Shown piece by piece: positions 19,718-29,525 of a DNA stretch of 64,000 nucleotides. The notes beneath the pieces were generated by a model. That model was not told where the DNA came from. It did no database searches and saw only the letters and a program-made list of their open reading frames with translations. Position 1 is the stretch's first letter. Each line of letters begins with the position of its first letter. Source of the DNA: an uncultured Pelagibacteraceae bacterium (lineage in GTDB: Bacteria; Pseudomonadota; Alphaproteobacteria; Pelagibacterales; Pelagibacteraceae); the NCBI GenBank assembly GCA_902616675.1, contig CACMTV010000004.1, positions 5,133 to 69,132 of the forward strand. The letters are read 5' to 3'. Made by a program: the position numbers and the translations under genes.

Positions 19718-21217
19718 CTACTTCTTTTTCAAATAACTATTATAAATTTGCCAAAAAACAATAAACAAAATAGTTATCATAATACATAATGTTAAAGGTC
19801 TATCCCAAAGAAACGCCCATGAACCATCACTTATAAGTAGTGATCTCCTTAAATTTTCTTCCATTAACCCTCCTAGCACAAATGCTAATATTAAAGGTGG
19901 CATCGGAAATTCGTATAAACGTAAAATGGTTGCTACAACAGCTATTCCTATCATTAAATAAATATCAAAATTGTTAAAAGACATTAAATAAATTCCAGTA
20001 ACTGAAAAAAATAGAATTAGAGGAATTAAAAAAGCTCTCGGTACTGCTAAAATTCTAGCTATATATGGAATTAGAGGTAAGTTTAAAATTAATAAAATTA
20101 CCATTCCGATATACATTGACATTATAACTGACCAAAAGATTTCAGGATTTGTTTGATAAAGTCTTGGCCCTGGCTGTATACCAAATCCTAGTAAAGCGCC
20201 AAGCATAACAGCGGTGGTGCCACTTCCAGGAATACCAAGCGTCAATAAAGGAACAAATGAACCAGAGCACGCAGCATTGTTTGCAGTTTCTGGAGCGGAC
20301 AGACCATTTACACTGCCTTTTCCGAATTTTTGTTTTTCCTCGTCTTTTACAAAATTTCTTTCCATTCCATAAGCTAAAAAAGAAGCAATTGTAGAACCAG
20401 CTCCAGGCAATACTCCTACTATAAAGCCGATTATTGAAGACCTAGGAATAGTTGTAACCATTTTTTTTGTTTCTTCTTTATCAAGTTTTATTGATCCAAG
20501 TTTTGATAATGAAATTTGTTTTGCGGCTTGTGTCGGGTCACTTCCTTTAAAAATAATTGAAAGAGCCTCACTCATTGCAAATGTGGCCATAACTACAAGT
20601 ACGAAACTTATACCATCTGCTAAGTTCATATTATTAAATACAAATCTAGGAATGTCAGACAATGTATCTTGTCCAACTGAAGCTAACATCAACCCCAATA
20701 CGACCATCATCATTGCTTTTAAAAAATGTCCTTTGGCAGAAAACGCGGAAACTGCGGTTAAACCTAAAATCATTAGACCAAAATAATCTGGTGATCTAAA
20801 AGCTAAACTTACTTTTGATAAACTGGGTGCAGCAAACAATAAAAAAATTGCTGCGATTGTTCCTCCAGCAAAAGAACTATACGCAGCGATCGCTAAAGCT
20901 TTTCCAGCTTTTCCTTGTTGAGCCATCGGATAACCATCAAAAGATGTAGCTACAGTTCCTGGAATTCCAGGAGCATTAATTAATATTGAAGAAGTTGAGC
21001 CACCAAAAACTGCTCCGTAATAAACTCCCGCCATTAAGATTAGTCCAGTAGAAGGCTCAAAACCATAAGTGATTGGTATCATTAGAGCTATAGCTGTCAT
21101 AGGTCCTAACCCCGGAAGCATTCCAATTATAGTTCCGGCAAAACATCCTATCATTACCATTATGATATTTTTAATTGATAGCGCAGTATTTAAACCTATG
21201 AGAATTCCTTCAATCAT
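19718..21217 (-). CDS. tctA: Tripartite tricarboxylate transporter large permease
   Basis: GMLPGLGP, YYGAVFGGSTSSILINAPG and PETANNA...PLLTLGIPG motifs. Confidence 0.96.
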   Translation of the reverse strand: MIEGILIGLNTALSIKNIIMVMIGCFAGTIIGMLPGLGPMTAIALMIPITYGFEPSTGLILMAGVYYGAVFGGSTSSILINAPGIPGTVATSFDGYPMAQQGKAGKALAIAAYSSFAGGTIAAIFLLFAAPSLSKVSLAFRSPDYFGLMILGLTAVSAFSAKGHFLKAMMMVVLGLMLASVGQDTLSDIPRFVFNNMNLADGISFVLVVMATFAMSEALSIIFKGSDPTQAAKQISLSKLGSIKLDKEETKKMVTTIPRSSIIGFIVGVLPGAGSTIASFLAYGMERNFVKDEEKQKFGKGSVNGLSAPETANNAACSGSFVPLLTLGIPGSGTTAVMLGALLGFGIQPGPRLYQTNPEIFWSVIMSMYIGMVILLILNLPLIPYIARILAVPRAFLIPLILFFSVTGIYLMSFNNFDIYLMIGIAVVATILRLYEFPMPPLILAFVLGGLMEENLRRSLLISDGSWAFLWDRPLTLCIMITILFIVFWQIYNSYLKKK

Positions 21218-21684
21218 CCAATTATTCCTAGGTATTTTAAAAGTGGGTCACGCAAGTAAATGTCTAATAGACCGTGTAGAAGAAACATAAAAATAGCCAC
21301 AAAAGGAAAGGAGAGCGCAAAAACCCAAAACCATCTTTTTTCACCGAGTGTTATATAAGATAGAACTAAAAAAATAGAGGTGGAAAGAAAATATCCTGCT
21401 TTTAAAATTGTAACTCCATAAATGATCATTAAAATGACTAGTGTAATTGTTCTTTTGTAATCAAGAACAGACAGATTAACATTTGCGGGTCTTTTTTCAG
21501 GTAATGCAATGTATAAACCAGAAAAGAATATTCCTGCATAACCTAATAAAATTGGAAAAGTTTTCGCATTAAAAGGAGCATTTTCATCAAAGGCAAAAAC
21601 TCTTATTTGAAATGCGTGATATAAATAAAATCCCGAAAAAACAAAGAAGAGCAGCGAAATAATCTTTACTGGACTTATTTGCAC
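21214..21684 (-). CDS. tctB: Tripartite tricarboxylate transporter small permease
   Basis: 4 TM segments, located between tctC and tctA. Confidence 0.85.
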   Translation of the reverse strand: MQISPVKIISLLFFVFSGFYLYHAFQIRVFAFDENAPFNAKTFPILLGYAGIFFSGLYIALPEKRPANVNLSVLDYKRTITLVILMIIYGVTILKAGYFLSTSIFLVLSYITLGEKRWFWVFALSFPFVAIFMFLLHGLLDIYLRDPLLKYLGIIG

Positions 21685-21707
21685 TGCTCCTCCTAATTAG
21701 TAAGTAA

Positions 21708-22688
21708 TTAAATTACTCCAAGTTTTTTCATTAGAGCTGTCATTTCTTTAGTTTGTGTTTTTAAAAACTTCACAAACTTTTTGTCTGGGTTGTAAATATT
21801 TACCCAAGCATTTCTTTTTCTAACAGCTTCCCATTCTGGAGTTTTTTGAACATCACCTAACATTTTCGCTATTTTCTTTTTATCTGCACTACTCATGTTT
21901 GGTGGACCAAAGAATCCTCTCCAGTTTACGAACTGAACATCAAAGCCTTGTTCTTTTAGCGTTGGTACTTCTGGAGCATCTGCAACTCTGCTAGGTGCAG
22001 TGATACCAATTATTCTTACTTGGTCTCGTGCTCCCATTACTTCTCCCAAACCAGTTGAAAGAATTTGAGTTTCTCCTGAAAGTAAACCTGCTAATGCTTT
22101 TCCGCCAGCATCGTAAGGTACATACACAACTTTATTTGGATCAGCTCCCGCTTCTTGGAATGCTAAAGCACCAATTAAATGGTCCATGCTTCCTCTTACA
22201 GATCCGCCTGCCATCTTAACAGATTTTGGATTAGATTTATAAGCAGCAACTACATCTTTAAAGTTTTTATACGGTGAATTTTTTGCAACAGCGATTGCAC
22301 CATAGTCACCTATTACTCCAGCTATTGGTACAACATCTTTGTATGAAAGAACGCCACTACCACTCACGTAACCTTTGTGTCTTGTGATTGATCTTAATAC
22401 TAAAGGTGTTGATTGAACTAATACTGTACCAGAAGGTTTAGTATTAATCATGAATGATAAAGCTTTACCTCCACCACCACCTGACATATTTTCAAATGAC
22501 GCGCTCTTTAAGAAACCAGCTTTTGTAAGCGCTTCTCCAGTTCCTCTAGCAGTTCCATCCCAACCACCACCAGCTCCACCGCCAATTACAAAGTGTAATT
22601 TGTCGATAGCAAAACTAGTTGATGAGATTGAAGTTAAAAGAACGGTAGCAAATACAAGACTGATAAGTTTTTTAAATTTACTTAACAT
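21708..22688 (-). CDS. tctC: Tripartite tricarboxylate transporter substrate-binding protein
   Basis: GGGWDGTAR, ENMSGGGGG, PTLKEQG and NWRGFFGPP motifs; signal peptide. Confidence 0.93.
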   Translation of the reverse strand: MLSKFKKLISLVFATVLLTSISSTSFAIDKLHFVIGGGAGGGWDGTARGTGEALTKAGFLKSASFENMSGGGGGKALSFMINTKPSGTVLVQSTPLVLRSITRHKGYVSGSGVLSYKDVVPIAGVIGDYGAIAVAKNSPYKNFKDVVAAYKSNPKSVKMAGGSVRGSMDHLIGALAFQEAGADPNKVVYVPYDAGGKALAGLLSGETQILSTGLGEVMGARDQVRIIGITAPSRVADAPEVPTLKEQGFDVQFVNWRGFFGPPNMSSADKKKIAKMLGDVQKTPEWEAVRKRNAWVNIYNPDKKFVKFLKTQTKEMTALMKKLGVI

Positions 22689-22754
22689 TTGTTTCCCCCA
22701 TTGTTTGTTAATTATTATGATTAAAAATAATTAATGAGCAAGAGTCAATATGAT

Positions 22755-23651
22755 TTAATGGAAAAAAGTTCCTCTAATTCTTAACAGTTCTCTAGATAAC
22801 CCAGAATGCTCTTTGAAAGCTTTTCTCCCATGGAGCCAAAAATAGTTATTTGAAAAAATTGTAGAACCTACTGGTAAAGGAAAAACTATTTTGTTTTTAC
22901 TTTCCTCTAATGCATCAGACAATTTTTGTAAGAATAAGCCTTGCTGCATATTTTTAGGCTCAGGAAATTGATCAATATAAGAAATAATAGGTTTACCTTT
23001 CTCATCATTAGAAAATACTGGGTGTTGAACTTTATAATCTACGTTTTTACTCTTAGGCGAACTCCAAATAAAATTTTGTCTACCAATTGGATCTTTGCTT
23101 AAATCTTCTAAGTATTCCCAGTCATCTAAGTGCAATATCACACTCTCTCCTCCTGAAACGTTTTGTTCCTCCATCTTAGTCATTATTAACCAGTCTGTTT
23201 TCTCTTTTACGTAGGTTCCGTCTGTATGAAGATCTAGATTGTTATATGCTTTTCGTAAATAAGAGTCACTTTGGTCCACATGTTTCACCTCAAATCTTGC
23301 ATAGTATTTACCTGACATTGAATCAAAATTAGGAGTTCCCACAAGATAAGCTAAAGATGTTGATAGTTTAACTAAAAATTCTTTATCAAATTTATTATTT
23401 TTTATCTCGGGTTCAATTATTGCTGTTCCTGAATTTCTATCATTAAGAACTTTGTTAAGTTGTGTGCTTAATTCATTTTTAAATAGTTCGTCTAAACTTT
23501 TAGCAATGGTAAACCTTGTAAAGGGTTTGTATTCTAATGATGTAATGGAGTGTTTTTTAAATGGAAATATTAATCTATCTAAATCTTCTTCGGGTATTTT
23601 TATAACCTTTACTCGCTTAGAATTTTTATGATCTTCAATTTTTAAACTCAT
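22755..23651 (-). CDS. csiD: Glutarate 2-hydroxylase (Fe/2-oxoglutarate dioxygenase CsiD/GlaH)
   Basis: LEYKPFTRF, NFDSMSGKYYARF, SDSYLRKAY, HTDGTYV, LHLDDWE and NNYFWLHGR motifs. Confidence 0.92.
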   Translation of the reverse strand: MSLKIEDHKNSKRVKVIKIPEEDLDRLIFPFKKHSITSLEYKPFTRFTIAKSLDELFKNELSTQLNKVLNDRNSGTAIIEPEIKNNKFDKEFLVKLSTSLAYLVGTPNFDSMSGKYYARFEVKHVDQSDSYLRKAYNNLDLHTDGTYVKEKTDWLIMTKMEEQNVSGGESVILHLDDWEYLEDLSKDPIGRQNFIWSSPKSKNVDYKVQHPVFSNDEKGKPIISYIDQFPEPKNMQQGLFLQKLSDALEESKNKIVFPLPVGSTIFSNNYFWLHGRKAFKEHSGLSRELLRIRGTFFH

Positions 23652-23974
23652 ATACTTGTTAAAACAGATAAAAGTATAGCAGAAAATATTGTTGGTATAA
23701 CCAAATTTTTCTTCATTATTATAAAAATAAATATACAGCTAATAAGGACTATCAAACGTATTATGATGTCAGCATCAGCTAATACCCCAGCAGGAAAAAT
23801 TATAATTCTTCCAAGCAAAGCTGCTAAAGTTGAGTAGGCAACTAAATTAAACCAATCAAAAAGTTTTGAACTAGCATCAACTCTTTCTGAAGTTAACGCT
23901 CCTAAAAAACGTGATATAAACGTTGCAACAGATGTTGCGATTATTGCTAATATTATAATTTTATTTGGATCCAT
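23648..23974 (-). CDS. azlD: AzlD family membrane protein
   Basis: Small hydrophobic protein overlapping and downstream of azlC. Confidence 0.7.
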   Translation of the reverse strand: MDPNKIIILAIIATSVATFISRFLGALTSERVDASSKLFDWFNLVAYSTLAALLGRIIIFPAGVLADADIIIRLIVLISCIFIFIIMKKNLVIPTIFSAILLSVLTSI

Positions 23975-24668
23975 CTCTCACTCCAAATAAATATGATATT
24001 GAGCCTGCTGATAAACCGGCAAAAAGTATAGCCCACTCACTTGAAAATAAATAAAATACTGGGCCTAGAGTAGTTCCTAATATAATAGCTAAAGAAATTT
24101 TTAAGTTATTCATTGCTCCAATCATCATACAAAAGAAATAAACAGGATTTACGATTGCCAAACCTATAATAATATCTTTATTTAGATAGTCTGCTAAAGT
24201 AAAACCTATTAAAGTTGTGACTATTGCTGTGGTCCATGTTCCAAACCCTATACCCATCCAAAAGTCAATTCTGTATTTCTGATCAATTTTTTTATACGTG
24301 TCTTTAGCTATGAGCCAAGATGAGATTGCAAGAAAATGACATGACAAATAATATTTCCATCTAGGTTGAGACTTATGTTTAAGTAAAGGGAAAAGAGATA
24401 CGGTCATTGGGTATAGTCTAAAATTTACTAACCAAACAGCTATGAAAATATTAATTATTGATGCACCAATTAATAAAGACTCGGCCATAACAAGTTGACC
24501 TGGTAAAGCATAAGTAAAAAAACTTGATGCAGCACTTTGTTGAATGTTTAAGCCTGCATCCTTAAGTAGAGCACCAAGGGCAACAAAACATGCAGCTAAT
24601 GGTATCGCTGGACTTCTAAATCCTATTAATGATTTAAGTCCTTTAAAAAAAATTTTTGAATTTATCAT
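23961..24668 (-). CDS. azlC: AzlC family permease
   Basis: YALPGQLV and VNFRLYPM motifs; multiple TM segments. Confidence 0.85.
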   Translation of the reverse strand: MINSKIFFKGLKSLIGFRSPAIPLAACFVALGALLKDAGLNIQQSAASSFFTYALPGQLVMAESLLIGASIINIFIAVWLVNFRLYPMTVSLFPLLKHKSQPRWKYYLSCHFLAISSWLIAKDTYKKIDQKYRIDFWMGIGFGTWTTAIVTTLIGFTLADYLNKDIIIGLAIVNPVYFFCMMIGAMNNLKISLAIILGTTLGPVFYLFSSEWAILFAGLSAGSISYLFGVRDGSK

Positions 24669-25450
24669 CCTCCAAGGAATAATCTGCCTACGTCAGGATT
24701 TTTTAAAAGATCATTGCCTTTGCCAGCAATTGCTGTTTGGCCAGAAACTAGAACGTATCCTATGTCTGCAAACTCTAAACCTTTTTTTGCATTTTGCTCT
24801 ACAAGAATAATAGTTTTCTTTTCTGTTTTTTGGAGATCTTCTAAAATTTCAAATACCATACTAATATACTTAGGTTCTAAACCAATTGAAGGTTCATCAA
24901 CAAGTAGTACCGAAGGTTTCATAACTAAAGCTCTAGAAATTTCTAGTAGTCTTCTTTCTCCGCCTGATAAAACTTTTGCAGGTTGATTTCTTCTATTTCT
25001 TAATCTTTCATATTTTTGAAAAATTCTTTCAGCCTCTTCGTAGGCTTCATCTTGTTTATCTTTTATATATCCTCCCATTAAAAGGTTTTCTTCCACTGTC
25101 ATGTCAGGAAAAACAGAATTATCCTGCAAAATATATGCAATACCAACTTTGCTTAATTTTTCTGCAGGAGTAAGCTTAGTAATTTCATTACCTTCTAATT
25201 CAATCTTTCCATCAAAGATATTTGTGAAACCATATATAGAGTGAAGAATTGTAGATTTTCCCGCCCCGTTTGGTCCAATTAAGCATAACGATTGAGCTTT
25301 ACTCACTGTTAAATCAAATTTATGAAGAATTTCCATCTTTCCGTAACCTGCGTTCAACCCTCTTATTGTTAAATGAACATTATTTGGAGAAAGTTGATTT
25401 AATTCTTCTAGCCCTGGAGCTTTACCTAAAACATCATATTGATTAGCCAT
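24665..25450 (-). CDS. livF: Liv-type ABC ATP-binding protein (second system)
   Basis: GPNGAGKST, LSGGERRLLE, DEPSIGL and VEQNAKKGL motifs. Confidence 0.88.
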   Translation of the reverse strand: MANQYDVLGKAPGLEELNQLSPNNVHLTIRGLNAGYGKMEILHKFDLTVSKAQSLCLIGPNGAGKSTILHSIYGFTNIFDGKIELEGNEITKLTPAEKLSKVGIAYILQDNSVFPDMTVEENLLMGGYIKDKQDEAYEEAERIFQKYERLRNRRNQPAKVLSGGERRLLEISRALVMKPSVLLVDEPSIGLEPKYISMVFEILEDLQKTEKKTIILVEQNAKKGLEFADIGYVLVSGQTAIAGKGNDLLKNPDVGRLFLGG

Positions 25451-26184
25451 TACTGTGCTCCTAAATAAGCATCGACAACTCGCTTATCATTTTTAATTTG
25501 ATCTGGTGAGCCTTCTGCTAACATTTTTCCATGTGCTAAACAGAATATCTTTTGAGCTAAGCTCATTATTACCCTCATATTATGTTCAATAACTAATAAC
25601 GTAATTCCATAATCTTTGTTTATTTTAATTAATCTATCTATAATTCCATTTATTAACGTTGGATTTATTCCTGCCGTAGGTTCATCTAATAAAAGCATTT
25701 TTGGCTCATTCATTAATGCCATAGCCAATTCTAATAACTTTTGCTGTCCAAATGATAAATCTCCTGCTCTTAAATTTCTTTTCTGATATAGACCAACAAA
25801 GTTAAGAAGATTTTCCGCTTTTTCAGTCAGATCTGGCGGCACTTTTGCAAAAATAAATCCGGAGTCGCTAGCTTTATGACTAATAAGCATATTTTCTACG
25901 CAATTGAGTTTTGAGTAAATTCTTGTTTGTTGAAAAGTTCTTAATAAGCCTAGTTTTGCTACTGCTGGCACGGGCATTTCAGAAACCTCAGTATTATCAA
26001 AGATAATAGATCCTTGATCTATTGGGTGAGTTCCTACAATCGAATTAAATAAAGTTGTTTTACCAGAACCGTTTGGTCCTATTAAACCAACTATTGATCC
26101 CTGCTCTACTGAAACAGAAATATCTACGTTAGCTTGAACGCCACCAAAAGATTTACTTACATTTTTTACTTCTAAAATACTCAT
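25450..26184 (-). CDS. livG: Liv-type ABC ATP-binding protein (second system)
   Basis: GPNGSGKTT, RTFQ, LSFGQQKLLE and DEPTAGINP motifs. Confidence 0.88.
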   Translation of the reverse strand: MSILEVKNVSKSFGGVQANVDISVSVEQGSIVGLIGPNGSGKTTLFNSIVGTHPIDQGSIIFDNTEVSEMPVPAVAKLGLLRTFQQTRIYSKLNCVENMLISHKASDSGFIFAKVPPDLTEKAENLLNFVGLYQKRNLRAGDLSFGQQKLLELAMALMNEPKMLLLDEPTAGINPTLINGIIDRLIKINKDYGITLLVIEHNMRVIMSLAQKIFCLAHGKMLAEGSPDQIKNDKRVVDAYLGAQ

Positions 26185-27245
26185 TTTAATTCCACCTGCG
26201 CTTTACGATCTTTTTCATCAATTACTTCACCAAATCTTTCAGGATATTTTTCTCTTAACCAACCCATTAGTCCCTCAGGGAAATAAATTACAATAACAAC
26301 AATTAAAACTCCTAATGCAACGTATTGCCAACCTAAGATTAAAGTCCAGAAACCCTCCTTTAAAAAATGGAATAAGGCTGCACCAATAACTGGCCCCCAT
26401 AAAGTTCCTTTACCTCCTAGAATTGCCATTAAAACCATGAACACTCCCATTTCTCTTCCATCAAAAGCAACATCAGTTGAGTCTATGTAGCCGATTAGTC
26501 CACCCATTATTCCTCCGGCAAGTCCAGCAAAAAATGCAGACACCATCCATCCAACAATTTTATATTTCATCGTTTGAATACCCATCGCTTCAGCCTTATC
26601 TTCATTGTCTCTTATTGCGTTTAAAATTAATTTAAATCTTGATCCATAAATCCATTTGATAAAAACAAATGTTCCAATTAATAAAACAAAACTTAAAAAG
26701 TAGAAAAAATCTCCTCTGGCTCCAGGATCAACTATATCTTTTGGAAATGGTGGAGTAGTAAAGCCTTGGCCTGCTCCAATGATTTCAATACCTCCAGCAA
26801 TTTCACCTGCGGCAATACCTAAGCCTAAAGTACAAATAGCAAAATAGTGACCTCTTAATCCTAAAATTGCGTAACCAATAGCGCCTGCAATAATAGTTGG
26901 GACGAGAGCTGCAACTAATAAACCAACACCCATACCTTGAAAATATTGAGATGTAGTGTGTACAAATGTTTTTTCACCACCACTCTCCGTCCATTCAGCT
27001 AATGGAAAAAACATTCCAACTTGAACCGAAGCAGTTAGATACATACCAAGGCCATAAAAAAGAATATTTCCAAAAGTATTATAACCCATTTCACCACCTT
27101 GCAAATTCCATGTCATAGCTAGCACTATTAAAACACAAAGTATTGTGAGCTGAACTTTAAAACCTGGAAATAAAAATGGAGCAGCCAGTCCTAGAATTAT
27201 TAAGCCAGAGTATAAAATTAAATCTTTTTGTTTCACTTTGTCCAT
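26181..27245 (-). CDS. livM: Liv-type ABC permease (second system)
   Basis: LRGHYFAICTL, AIRDNEDKAEAMG and LGGKGTLWGP motifs. Confidence 0.88.
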   Translation of the reverse strand: MDKVKQKDLILYSGLIILGLAAPFLFPGFKVQLTILCVLIVLAMTWNLQGGEMGYNTFGNILFYGLGMYLTASVQVGMFFPLAEWTESGGEKTFVHTTSQYFQGMGVGLLVAALVPTIIAGAIGYAILGLRGHYFAICTLGLGIAAGEIAGGIEIIGAGQGFTTPPFPKDIVDPGARGDFFYFLSFVLLIGTFVFIKWIYGSRFKLILNAIRDNEDKAEAMGIQTMKYKIVGWMVSAFFAGLAGGIMGGLIGYIDSTDVAFDGREMGVFMVLMAILGGKGTLWGPVIGAALFHFLKEGFWTLILGWQYVALGVLIVVIVIYFPEGLMGWLREKYPERFGEVIDEKDRKAQVELK

Positions 27246-28139
27246 TTATTTCAAATACTCCCTTTTCTTTGAAAGTTTAAATCTTCTATAAACTAATATG
27301 AAAACTAGCAGCATAAACACTGCTCCAATTCTAAATTCTGTTCCTAAAATATAATCTGCAAATTCCTCAAAAAGTCCTAAACCCATTCCAGAAATTGCAA
27401 CGGCAGGTAAATTTCCTAGACCCGCAACTATTACTATCATAAAAGATCTTACTGTATAGGGAAGACCAACGTACGGGTGCAGAGTAAGTGTAATTGCAAT
27501 TAGAGCACCAGCAATTCCACATAATGCTGCGTTTATACCAAAAGTTGCTGCATAAACTTTTTCTGTATCAACACCTAAAATTTTTGCAGCTCTAGCATTT
27601 TGTGCTGTGGCTCTTATAGCTCGTCCAAGTCTAGATTTTTTCATATATATTACTAAAGCGATTGCATACAAAATACTTACTACTGCAGAGAAAATTTTTG
27701 AGTTAGGTAACGTTACTGAATTATCAAAAAGCATTGTTGTTCCGTATTCTGATTGAGCAACAACAACATCTGCACCAAAAATAAAATTCATTAGTTGTTG
27801 AAATATAATAGCAATACCAAAGGTTGCTAAAATTGAGATAAATAAATCGCGATCTACGACTTTATTAATAACTAATTTATAAAGTGCCCATCCGACAAAA
27901 AACATTATAATTGGGGAAACGATAACTCCCCATGCTGGGTGAATTCCAGCGAGATACATTGTATAAGCAATATAGCCTCCAAGAATTACTAGGTCTCCTT
28001 GTGCAATATTTATTATGTTCATTACTCCCCATTGCAGAGCCATACCGTAGGCAATTAAAGCAAATAAAATACCTAGAAGAATTCCGTCCAGAGAAGCCTG
28101 GACCATAAGGATTGGAGCTTTAAATATAAGAAAGTCCAT
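27246..28139 (-). CDS. livH: Liv-type ABC permease (second system)
   Basis: WGVMNIINIAQGD and LGRAIRATAQN motifs. Confidence 0.88.
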   Translation of the reverse strand: MDFLIFKAPILMVQASLDGILLGILFALIAYGMALQWGVMNIINIAQGDLVILGGYIAYTMYLAGIHPAWGVIVSPIIMFFVGWALYKLVINKVVDRDLFISILATFGIAIIFQQLMNFIFGADVVVAQSEYGTTMLFDNSVTLPNSKIFSAVVSILYAIALVIYMKKSRLGRAIRATAQNARAAKILGVDTEKVYAATFGINAALCGIAGALIAITLTLHPYVGLPYTVRSFMIVIVAGLGNLPAVAISGMGLGLFEEFADYILGTEFRIGAVFMLLVFILVYRRFKLSKKREYLK

Positions 28140-28156
28140 AAAAACCTAAAACTTAT

Positions 28157-28191
28157 AAAAGAAATGCCCCCTAAATACTAGGGGGCATTTC
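28157..28191 (-). terminator. Stem-loop/attenuating terminator between substrate-binding gene and permeases
   Basis: Minus strand GAAATGCCCCCTAG-TAT-TTAGGGGGCATTTC followed by TTTT. Confidence 0.8.
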
Positions 28192-28206
28192 AAATCTAAT
28201 TAGATA

Positions 28207-29448
28207 TTAACTTCTTTCAGACCACTTAGGGATTGGGTGGTAGAATTTGTCTGAAGCCCATTTTGTTGGAGCAACAACTTTATTCTCACACGTATCACCT
28301 TTACATCTTACTTGGAATAAAATCATAGGCTTAGCAGTGTTTTGTCCGCCAGGTCCAAATTTAATATTTCCATAGAAAGTTTGCATTTCAGTAGTCTTAA
28401 GAGCGTCTCTTACTTTATCTCCATCAAAAGAATTTGCTCTTTCGAACGCATCTTTAAATACTAATAAAGCAGCAGAAGATTCAGCTGATTGGTATGGTGG
28501 AGCATAACCAAATTCTTTTTTAAAGTCTTTGTCATACTTCTTACCAGTTCCAAAAAACTTATCTTTATAGCTTAAGTTTTTGTGCCACTGTGATGCACAT
28601 AACGCGTACTCTGATTTCTTTCCATGTTGTTTAGAAAGTTTTGCAGCGTCGCAGTGTGTCATCGCTAACATAGGGACATCCACTTTCATTTCAGCTATTT
28701 GTCTGATTGCAGTCAATGCACCTTTTGTGTGACCTGATACAACAAGCACATCTGGCTTAGTAGCTTTTACTTTAGCTAGTGTAGCTGCCATATCATTAAG
28801 TTCTTTTGGTAATTTATCATCGATAATAATCTCTGATCCAGTTCTCTTTGCTGCATCTAAGATACCTAATCTCACGTCTTGTGAGAATGCATCTTGTTCA
28901 AATGCTTGAGCAATTCTTACTGGCTTACCACCGTTTTTCTCTACCGCTAAATCGATAGCTACTTCAAGGTATTGGTTAGCTGGTGATAACACAGCAAACA
29001 AATATTTATATCCTTTTGTAAATAAAGATCTAGATGCACCATTCGCTTCAACCATAGGAATTTTATATTTCTCGGTTACTGGTGCGATGGCTTTTGTTAA
29101 ACCTGAACTGTAAGGTCCAAGCATATACTTAACACCATCTTGGTTAATTAGTCTTTCAGCTAATTGTGCGGCTCTCTTTGGATTTGATTCATCATCGTAA
29201 TAAATGATTTCAAATTTATATTTCTTCCCTTGAACTTCAACTCCACCCATTTTGTTGATTCTGTCAACGGCTAAGTTGTAACCGTTTTGAGTGTGAACTC
29301 CATTTGAAGAATATTTTCCAGTTAGAGAAATTGCAGCACCTAACACTATGTACTCACCATCAACTTTTGCAAAAGAAGATGACATGCTTGATAGCATTAA
29401 TGTGATAGCTGAAATAAATGTAATAAATAGTTTTGTTAATTTATTCAT
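28207..29448 (-). CDS. ABC substrate-binding protein, HAAT/Liv superfamily (possibly dicarboxylate-binding)
   Basis: Signal peptide, SLTGKYS, YYDDESNP and LGPYSSGLT motifs; heads the second Liv-type operon. Confidence 0.9.
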   Translation of the reverse strand: MNKLTKLFITFISAITLMLSSMSSSFAKVDGEYIVLGAAISLTGKYSSNGVHTQNGYNLAVDRINKMGGVEVQGKKYKFEIIYYDDESNPKRAAQLAERLINQDGVKYMLGPYSSGLTKAIAPVTEKYKIPMVEANGASRSLFTKGYKYLFAVLSPANQYLEVAIDLAVEKNGGKPVRIAQAFEQDAFSQDVRLGILDAAKRTGSEIIIDDKLPKELNDMAATLAKVKATKPDVLVVSGHTKGALTAIRQIAEMKVDVPMLAMTHCDAAKLSKQHGKKSEYALCASQWHKNLSYKDKFFGTGKKYDKDFKKEFGYAPPYQSAESSAALLVFKDAFERANSFDGDKVRDALKTTEMQTFYGNIKFGPGGQNTAKPMILFQVRCKGDTCENKVVAPTKWASDKFYHPIPKWSERS

Positions 29449-29459
29449 TATTTCCTCTC

Positions 29460-29478
29460 TGTTAATTAATTAATTAAT
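29460..29478. repeat. 19-nt (TTAA)4 leader element, copy 2
   Basis: TGTTAATTAATTAATTAAT, identical to 13660-13678; adjacent to the GAGAGG RBS. Confidence 0.7.
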
Positions 29479-29525
29479 GAATTATTAAAACAAGATTTTA
29501 TAAAAATAACAACAGTTAGAATCTA

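Noticed and set aside
12540-29448. Two Liv-type operons as a recent duplication
   Set aside because: Proteins are highly divergent and gene order differs; these are ancient paralogs
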